Below, piece after piece: positions 1-9,300 of a stretch of 64,000 nucleotides of DNA. The DNA comes from the human T2T-CHM13v2.0 reference genome, Homo sapiens: the NCBI RefSeq assembly GCF_009914755.1, contig NC_060928.1, one strand, 5' to 3'. The position numbers were made by a program, and so were the translations under genes. Under the pieces are notes generated by a model. It worked only from the letters and a program-made list of their open reading frames with translations. It made no database searches and had not been told where the DNA came from. The stretch's first letter is position 1. Each line of letters starts with the position of its first letter.

Positions 1-268
1 ATTCCCGATCAGCCGGGGGGAGCCATCAACGGATCCCAAGAGGTGTCCGCGCAGCCCAGCCAGCACCCCGAAGGTCCTCCTTCACCGGGAACAGAAGCAG
101 GAGACCGATCAAGGAGGTCCTGACGACAGGACTCCTATGGGTCCGACCCTGGGTCTCCCGCAGGCCCCTCTGGTAGTCCTCTTCCCACCCGCCGCCTCGG
201 GCTGCGCCGCAGCCGCCGCCGCCGCAACCTCCAGCACCGCCGCCCCAGTCCCCGCAGCCGCCGCGTCG

Positions 269-388
269 CCGCCATTTTTTAAAGGGTCCGCAGCCTGACT
301 CTGCTGAGTAAGGAGGGGTGGGGCGGGTGAGTCGGCCTCGCCAGTGCGCATGCGCGAGGCCCCAGCCGCCGCTTTGGTCACAGTGACC
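269..388. promoter_or_regulatory. CpG-island promoter-like cassette repeated in each monomer (YY1, GC box, NRF1, ERE)
   Basis: In U1: CCGCCATTTT (YY1 consensus) 269-278, GGGGCGGG (Sp/KLF) 320-327, TGCGCATGCGC (NRF1) 345-355, GGTCACAGTGACC 376-388. The motifs are read directly; activity is inferred. Confidence 0.55.
376..388. promoter_or_regulatory. Perfect palindromic estrogen response element GGTCAnnnTGACC (20 of 22 monomers)
   Basis: Exact match to the 13-bp ERE consensus in every monomer except U2 and U7 (GGTCACAGGGACC). Confidence 0.6.
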
Positions 389-798
389 GCCACCGTTGCC
401 CGGGGATGGGTCCCTGAGACTTGGCGAAGTAGGAGCCCTGTGTGATCGTGCGTCAGAGTCGGAGCTCAGACCAGTCCTGGCCAGGGCAGTTACCAGGACG
501 GTCTCCGGAGGCCGGGATTCGCGAAGGGTCAACCAGGAGGAAGAAACGCCAGAAGGAAGAAACCTCAGACAGATCGCCGGGGACGCAGCACGGGATCCCA
601 GCCTGAGGCCTGCGGGGACGGTGTGCGGGTGAGTCTCCCCAATAGTGGCGCCCTTGTGATGTGGAGGACAGGTCTACCAGGGTGTCCGTGGGCTGCTGTC
701 TCACCGGTGGCTTCGTAGTCTCGGAGAGCAGAACCTGGCAGCTTCAGGGGCAGCCTGGGGGTGGGTGTTACCTGCTGTATGTCTGTGTGCGTCTTGGT

Positions 799-801
799 TG
801 T

Positions 802-844
<43 letters not shown>

Positions 845-960
845 TGTGTGCGTGCGTGCGCGCGTCTGTGTGCCCACTTCTATCTCTTACGTCTCTCTCT
901 CTCTCTCCCCGCCCCCGCTCTTTCCGTCGCCCTCTCTTTCTATCTCTGTCCGTCTGTGTG
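799..960. repeat. Per-monomer (TG)n microsatellite with TGCG/CG extension, followed by a CT-rich tract
   Basis: Read directly in U1-U21. (TG)n length varies between monomers, and A-type monomers carry a TTTG interruption. Confidence 0.95.
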
Positions 961-3280
961 TGCTTGTGCCTCGGGACACATGTGCCCCGTGCGCCGGAGG
1001 GTGGGTTTCTTGCAGGTCGGCCTTTCTTCTGGTCAGCCTCTCCCCGCGTCACTGCCTGGGTCGTGTGGCCGGATGGCAGTCGGTTTCCCGGCGGTTCCGG
1101 TTTGGGGGTCTGTGAAGGCCTGCGCAACGCGGGCATCTGCGTCGGAACCGCAGGGGTTTTCGTCCCCTCCCCATCCGGAGCAGCCTCTTTGCTAGGCTAG
1201 ATCCAGACGACCGCTCCACAAGCAAGGACAACGGCCTCCCAGGCGCTCATTGTTCAACCGCAGGAGGGTGCCCGCAGACCTTCAAGAAGATGGTTCTCAC
1301 GCCTCTCGCCCTCTCCCTCATGGAGAAATGGAGCCACAGCTCGACGCAGGGACGGAGAAGGAAGCCGGCAAGGGGATGGGGCAAGCATCTCTGTCACTCA
1401 AAAGCTGGCCTTCCTGGCCGAGTCACCCGTCTGACACTCCTCCCCGGATGCCCGTGGTGGTGGCATGGCCCCGTATCCTGCCTGGACTCTGGCCTCTGCT
1501 TTGTCCTCCCTCTTGCTGTGTCTGCCCCGTCTCTGCGAAGCCTGGCGGCTTCTTAGTCTGGCTCAACGTCTTCAACAAAGAAGACTTCCCAGTCCATCAG
1601 GGAGAAACCCCGTGGGCGTCCGTGTCGTGATCGTTTCCCTCTCCACACCTCTTTCTGGATGATTGGGCAGGTGTGGTGATCCTGGAGCTCTGGGCTTCCA
1701 TACCTGTGTGGGACAGGGAAGCTCTCTTGGTCTCCATGGCCCAAGTGATGGCTGCGCGCTCGGTCCAGGAAGAGGGGGAGGCAAGCCCACCGTTCCCCAC
1801 ATTGGCCTTCCAGGAAAGGCGGTGTTGCAGCCCACCTGCACTTCCTGTCTGATCCTTGAGGGCCAACCGGTTTCTCCGCTCCTGGGGAAAGCGCCTTCTG
1901 GCACTGAATCTTTTGGCTGCCACGGATGTCAGGGAGCCAACGGGACTGGGTTTTGGCTGGGTGCAGGGGAGGTTGCGTCAGGGGTACCTAAGCGGTAGCG
2001 GCGTGGGGGTGGGGTGTACTTGGTCCAAAGCTCTGGGCTCCTCTGGCGGGCCTCCCTGAATGTGGCCTGGACTCGCGCACAGGCCCTGTCTCGCAGGTTT
2101 GCAGGTGCGCTTGGCTTTTCCTCCGCTTTGTGGGGCAGGTCTCCAGTGGCCCCCCGGGCGCTCGCCTGGACATCACTGTCCGTCTCGTCGTCGCCCCCTA
2201 CGGCCTCAAAGACACACGCTCTCTGCATGTGCTCTTGGGGGACGTCAGTGCCACGTTTGGTCACACGGGCTCCAGCTCGGACTCGCCTCTGTCTGTCTTT
2301 GCCGGTGTCGCCGGAAGCTGCGTCGGGATGCCGGAGCCCCCGGGCTTTGGAGATGAAGGCAGGCCCCTGCTCCACCCAGGATGGAGGGAGGCAGTGGGCT
2401 CATGGGTCAGTGCCGTTGCAGACGACAGCACGCCTTGCGGCCCTGGGAATCTTTCCGTGCCCCGGCGAGACCCTTTCCGCCTCACTGCATTGTAACCCCA
2501 TTCCCGATCAGCCGGTGGGAGCCATCATCGGATCCCAAGAGGAGTCCGCGCAGCCCAGCCAGCACCCCGAAGGTCCTCCTTCACCGGGAACAGAAGCAGG
2601 AGACCGATCAAGGAGGTCCTGACGACAGGACTCCTATGGGTCCGACCCTGGGTCTCCCGCAGGCCCCTCTGGTAGACTTCTTCCCACCCGCCGCCTCGGG
2701 CTGCGCCGCAGCCGCCGCCGCCGCAACCTCCAGCACCGCCGCCCCAGTCCCCGCAGCCGCCGCGTCACCGCCATTTTTTAAAGGGTCCGCAGCCTGACTC
2801 TGCTGAGTAAGGAGGGGTGGGGCGGGTGAGTCGGCCTCGCCAGTGTGCATGCGCGTGGCCCCAGCCGCCGATTTGGTCACAGGGACCGCCACCGTTGCCC
2901 GGGGATGGGTCCCTGAGAATTGGCGAAGTAGGAGCCCTTTGTGATTGTGCGTCAGAGTCGGGGCTGAGACCAGTCCTGGCCAGGGCAGTTACCAGGACGG
3001 TCTCCGGAGGCCGGGATTCGCGGAGGGTCCGCCAGAAGGAAGAAACCTGAGACAGATCGCCGGGGACGCAGCGCGGGATCCCAGCCTCAGGCGTGCACGG
3101 ACGGTGTGCGGGTGAGTCTCCCTAAAAGTAGCGCCCTTGTGATGTGGAGGACAGGTCTGCCAGGGTGTCCGTGGGCTGCTGTCTCACCGGTGGCCTCGTA
3201 GTCGCGGAGAGCAGAACCCGGCAGCTTCAGGGGCAGCCTGGGGGTGGGTGTTACCTGCTGTATGTCTGTGTGCGTCTTGG

Positions 3281-3325
<45 letters not shown>

Positions 3326-6300
3326 TGTGTGCGTGCGTGCGTGGCGTCCGTGTGCCCACTTCTGTCTATCTCTTACGTCTCTCTCTCTCTCTCCCTGCCC
3401 TCGCTCTTTCTGTCGCCCTCTCTTTCTATCTCTGTCCGTCTGTGTGTGCTTGTGCCTCGGGACACATGTGCCCCGTGTGCCGGAGGGTGGGTTTCTTGCA
3501 GGTCGGCCTTTCTTCTGGTCAGCCTCTCCCCGCGTCTCTGCCTCGGTCGTGTAGCCGGTTAGCAGTCGGTTTCCCGGCGGTTCCGGTTTGGGGGTCTGTG
3601 AGGGCCTGGGCAATGCCGGCATCTGCTTCGGAACCGCAGGGGTTTTCGTCCCCTCCCCATCCGGAGCAGCCTCTTTGCTAGGCTAGATCCAGACGACCGC
3701 TCCCCAAGCAAGGACAACGGCCTCCCAGGCGCTCATTGTCCACCCGCAGGAGGGTGCCCGCAGACCTTCAAGAGGATGGTTCTCACGCCTCTCGCCCTCT
3801 CCCTCATGGAGAAATGGAGCCACAGCTCGACGCAGGGACGGAGAAGGAAGCCGGCAAGGGGATGGGGCAAGCATCTCTGTCACTCAAAGGCTGGCCTTCC
3901 TGGCCGAGTCACCCGTCTGACACTCCTCCCCGGATGCCCGTGGTGGTGGCATGGCCCCGTATCCTGCCTGGGCTCTGGCCTCTGCTCTGTCCTCCCTTTT
4001 GCTGTGTCTGCCCCGTCTCTGAGAAGCATGGCGGCTTCTTAGTCTGGCTCAACGTCTTCAACAAAGAAGACTTCCCAGTCCAGGGAGAAACCCCGTGGGC
4101 ATCCGTGTCATGATCGTTTCCCTCTCGACACCTCTTTCTGCATAATTGGGCAGGTGTGGTGATCCTGGAGCTCTGGGCTTCCATACCTGTGTGGGACAGG
4201 GAAGCTCTCTTGGTCTCCACGGCCCAAGTGATGGCTGCGCGCTCAGTCCAGGAAGAGGGGGAGGCAAGCCCACCGTTCCCCACATTGGCCTTCCAGGAAA
4301 GGCGGTGTTGCATCCCACCTGCACTTCCTGTCTGATCCTTGAGGGCCAACCGGTCCCTCCGCTCCTGGGGAAAGCGCCTTCTGGCACTGAATCTTTTGGC
4401 TGCCACGGATGTCAGGGAGCCAACGGGACTGGGTTTTGGCTGGGTGCAGGGGAGGTTGCGTCAGGGGTACCTAAGCGGTAGCGGCGTGGGGGTGGGGTGT
4501 ACTTGGTCCAAAGCTCTGGGCTCCTCTGGCGGGCCTCCCTGAATGTGGCCTGGACTCGCGCACTGGCCCTGTCTCGCAGGTTTACAGGTGCGCTTGGCTT
4601 TTTCTCCGCTTTGTGGGGCAGGTCTCCAGTGGCCCCCGGGCGCACGCCTGGACATCACTGTCCGTCTCGTCGTCGCCCCCTACGGCCTCAAGGACACACG
4701 CTCACTGCATGTGCTCTTGGGCGACGTCAGTGCCACGTTTGGTCACACGGGCTCCAGCTCGGACTCGCCTCTGTCTGTCTTTGCCGGTGTCGCCAGAAGC
4801 TGCGTTGGGATGCCGGAGCCCCCGGGCCTTGGAGATGAAGGCAGGCCCCTGCTCCACCCAGGAAGGAGGGAGGCAGTGGGCTCATGGGTCAGTGCCGTTG
4901 CAGACGACAGCACGCCTTGCGGCCCTGGGGATCTTTCCATGCCCCGGCGAGACCCTTTCCGCCTCACGGCATAGTGACCTCATTCCCGATCAGCCGGTGG
5001 GAGCCATCATCGGATCCCAAGAGGTGTCCGCGCAGCCCAGCCAGCACCCCGAAGGTCCTCCTTCACCGGGAACAGAAGCAGGAGACCGATCAAGGAGGTC
5101 CTGACGACAGGACTCCTATGGGTCCGACCCTGGGTCTCCCGCAGGCCCCTCTGGTAGTCCTCTTCCCACCCGCCGCCTCGGGCTGCACCGCAGCCGCCGC
5201 CGCCGCAACCTCCAGCACCGCCGCCCCAGTCCCCGCAGCCGCCGCGTCGCCACCATTTTTTAAAGGGTCCGCAGCCTGACTCTGCTGAGTAAGGAGGGGT
5301 GGGGCGGGTGAGTCGGCCTCGCCAGTGCGCATGCGCGAGGCCCCAGCGGCCGCTTTGGTCACAGTGACCGCCACCGTTGCCCGGGGATGGGTCCCTGAGA
5401 CTTGGCGAAGTAGGAGCCCTGTGTGATCGTGCGTCAGAGTCGGGGCTCAGACCAGTCCTGTCCAGGGCAGTTACCAGGACGGTCTCCGGAGGCCGGGATT
5501 CGCGAAGGGTCAACCAGGAGGAAGAAACGCCAGAAGGAAGAAACCTCAGACAGATCGCCGGGGACGCAGCACGGGATCCCAGCATGAGGCCTGCGGGGAC
5601 GGTGTGCGGGTGAGTCTCCCCAATAGTGGCGCCCTTGTGATGTGGAGGACAGGTCTACCAGGGTGTCCGTGGGCTGCTGTCTCACCGGTGGCTTCGTAGT
5701 CTCGGAGAGCAGAACCCGGCAGCTTCAGGGGCAGCCTGGGGGTGGGTGTTACCTGCTGTATGTCTGTGTGCGTCTTGGTTGTGTGTGTTTGTGTGTGTGT
5801 GTGTGTGTCTGTGTGCGTGCGTGCGTGGCGTCCGTGTGCCCACTTCTGTGTATCTCTTACGTCTCTCTCTCTCTCTCCCCGCCCTCGCTCTTTCCGTCGC
5901 CCTCTCTTTCTATCTCTGTCCGTCTGTGTGTGCTTGTGCCTCGGGACACATGTGCCCCGTGTGCCGGAGGGTGGGTTTCTTGCAGGTCGGCCTTTCTTCT
6001 GGTCAGCCTCTCCCCGCGTCTCTGCCTCGGTCGTGTAGCCGGTTAGCAGTCGGTTTCCCGGCGGTTCCGGTTTGGGGGTCTGTGAGGGCCAGGGCAACGC
6101 CGGCATCTGCTTCGGAACCTCAGGGGTTTTCGTCCCCTCCCCATCCGGAGCAGCCTCTTTGCTAGGCTAGATCCAGACGACCGCTCCCCAAGCAAGGACA
6201 ACGGCCTCCCAGGCGCTCATTGTCCACCCGCAGGAGGGTGCCCGCAGACATTCAAGAAGATGGTTCTCACGCCTCTCGCCCTCTCCCTCATGGAGAAATG

Positions 6301-9300
6301 GAGCCACAGCTCGACGCAGGGACGGAGAAGGAAGCCGGCAAGGGGATGGGGCAAGCATCTCTGTCACTCAAAGGCTGGCCTTCCTGGCCGAGTCACCCGT
6401 CTGACACTCCTCCCCGGATGCCCGTGGTGGTGGCATGGCCCCGTATCCTGCCTGGGCTCTGGCCTCTGCTCTGTCCTCCCTCTTGCTGTGTCTGCCCCGT
6501 CTCTGAGAAGCCTGGCGGCTTCTTAGTCTGGCTCAACGTCTTCAACAAAGAAGACTTCCCAGTCCATCAGGGAGAAACCCCGTGGGCGTCCGTGTCATGA
6601 TCGTTTCCCTCTCCACACCTCTTTCTGGATGATTGGGCAGGTGTGGTGATCCTGGAGCTCTGGGCTTCCATACCTGTGTGGGACAGGGAAGCTCTCTTGG
6701 TCTCCATGGCCCAAGTGATGGCTGCGCGCTCGGTCCAGGAAGAGGGGGAGGCAAGCCCACCGTTCCCCACATTGGCCTTCCAGGAAAGGCGGTGTTGCAT
6801 CCCACCTGCACTTCCTGTCTGATCCTTGAGGGCCAACCGGTTCCTCCGCTCCTGGGGAAAGCGCCTTCTGGCACTGAATCTTTTGGCTGCCACGGATGTC
6901 AGGGAGCCAACGGGACTGGGTTTTGGCTGGGTGCACGGGAGGTTGCGTCAGGGGTACCTAAGCGGTAGCGGCGTGGGGGTGAGGTGTACTTGGTCCAAAG
7001 CTCTGGGCTCCTCTGGCGGGCCTCCCTGAATGTGGCCTGGACTCGCGCACAGGCCCTGTCTCGCAGGTTTGCAGGTGCGCTTGGCTTTTCCTCGGCTTTG
7101 TGGGGCAGGTCTCCAGTGGCCCCCGGGCGCACGCCTGGACATCACTGTCCGTCTCGTCGTCGCCCCCTACGGCCTCAAAGACACACGCTCACTGCATGTG
7201 CTCTTGGGGGACGTCAGTGCCACGTTTGGTCACACGGGCTCCAGCTCGGACTCGCCTCTGTCTGCCTTTGCAGGTGTCGCCGGAAGCTGCGTCGGGATGC
7301 CGGAGCCCCCGGGCCTTGGAGATGAAGGCAGGCTCCTGCTCCACCCAGGAAGGAGGGAGGCAGTGGGCTCATGGGTCAGTGCCGTTGCAGACGACAGCAC
7401 GCCTTGCGGCCTTGGGGATCTTTCCGTGCCCCGGCGAGACCCTTTCCGCCTCACTGCATTGTAACCCCATTCCCGATCAGCAGGTGGGAGCCATCATCGG
7501 ATCCCAAGAGGAGTCCGCGCAGCCCAGCCAGCACCCCGAAGGTCCTCCTTCACCGGGAACAGAAGCAGGAGACCGATCAAGGAGGTCCTGACGACAGGAC
7601 TCCTATGGGTCCGACCCTGGGTCTCCCGCAGGCCCCTCTGGTAGTCCTCTTCCCACCCGCCGCCTCGGGCTGCGCCGCAGCCTTCGCCGCCGCAACCTCC
7701 AGCACCGCCGCCCCATTCCCCGCAGCCGCCGCGTCGCCGCCATTTTTTAAAGGGTCCGCAGCCTGACGCTGCCGAGTAACGGGGGGTGGGGCGGGTGAGT
7801 CGGCCTCGCCAGTGCGCATGCGCGAGGCCCGAGTCGCCGCTTTGGTCACAGTGACCGCCACCGTTGCCCGGGGATGGGTCCCTGAGACTTTGCGAAGTAG
7901 GAGCCCTGTGTGATCGTGCGTCAGAGTCGGGGCTGAGACCAGTCCTGGCCAGGGCAGTTACCAGGACGGTCTCCGGAGGCCGGGATTCGCGGAGGGTCCA
8001 CCAGCAGGAAGAAACGCCAGAAGGAAGAAACCTCAGACAGATCGCCGGGGAGGCAGCGCGGGATCCCAGCCTCAGGCGTGCGCGGACGGTGTGCGGGTGA
8101 GTCTCCCCAAAAGTGGCGCCCTTGTGATGTGGAGGACAGGTCTGCCAGGGTGTCCGTGGGCTGCTGTCTCACCGGTGGCTTCGTAGTCGCGGAGAGCAGA
8201 ACCCGGCAGCTTCAGGGGCAGCCTGGGGGTGGGTGTTACCTGCTGTATGTCTGTGTGCGTCTTGGTTGTGTGTGTGTGTGTGTGTGTGTGTGTTTGTGTG
8301 TGTGCGTGCGCGCGTCTGTGTGCCTTCTATCTCTTACGTCTCTCTCTCTCTCTCCCCCCCCCTCGCTCTTTCCGCCGCCCTCTCTTTCTATCTCTGTCCG
8401 TCTGTGTGTGCTTGTGCCTCGGGACACATGTGCCCCGTGCGCCGGAGGGTGGGTTTCTTGCAGGTCGGCCTTTCTTCTGGTCAGCCTCTCCCCGCGTCAC
8501 TGCCTGGGTCGTGTGGCCGGTTGGCAGTCGGTTTCCCGGCAGTTCCGGTTTGGGGGTCTGTGAAGGCCTCCGCAACGCGGGCATCTGCGTCGGAACCGCA
8601 GGGGTTTTCGTCCCCTCCCCATCCGGAGCAGCCTCTTTGCTAGGCTAGACCCAGACGACCGCTCCCCAAGCAAGGACAACGGCCTCCCAGGCGCTCATTG
8701 TCCACCCGCAGGAGGGTGCCCGCAGACCTTCAAGAAGATGGTTCTCACGCCTCTCCCCCTCTCCCTCATGGAGAAATGGAGCCACAGCTCGACGCAGGGA
8801 TGGAGAAGGAAGCCGGCAAGGGGATGGGGCAAGCATCTCTGTCACTCAAAGGCTGGCCTTCCTGGCCGAGTCACCCGTCTGACACTCCTCCCCGGATGCC
8901 CGTGGTGGTGGCATGGCCCCGTATCCTGCCTGGGCTCTGGCCTCTGCTCTGTCCTCCCTCTTGCTGTGTCTGCCCCGTCTCTGAGAAGCCTGGCGGCTTC
9001 TTAGTCTGGCTCAACGTCTTCAACAAAGAAGACTTCGCAGTCCATCAGGGAGAAACCCCGTGGGCGTCCGTGTCATGATCGTTTCCCTCTCCACACCTCT
9101 TTCTGGATGGTTGGGCAGGTGTGGTGATCCCGGAGCTCTGGGCTTCCATACCTGTGTGGGACAGGGAAGCTCTCTTGGTCTCCATGGCCCAAGTGATGGC
9201 TGCGCGCTCGGTCCAGGAAGAGGGGGAGGCAAGCCCACCGTTCCCCACATTGGCCTTCCAGGAAAGGCGGTGTTGCATCCCACCTGCACTTCCTGTCTGA

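Noticed and set aside
109-393. 94-aa Ala-rich minus-strand ORF present in all monomers
   Set aside because: It starts at GTG, upstream of the inferred transcription start; the poly-Ala comes from the GCG repeat.
661-1200. Cys/Val-rich (CVCVCV) and His/Thr-rich (HTHTHT) peptides resembling metal-binding proteins
   Set aside because: These are translations of the (TG)n/(CA)n microsatellite, and the frame changes between monomers.
390-1800. PRDM9-like 13-mers (CCACCGTTGCCCG near 390; CCACCGTTCCCCA near 1787)
   Set aside because: Both miss the last C of CCNCCNTNNCCNC, and near matches are expected in GC-rich DNA.
163-2052. CTCF-like sequences (163-177, 638-655, 2035-2051)
   Set aside because: Each has several mismatches in core positions and cannot be supported without a PWM scan or ChIP data.
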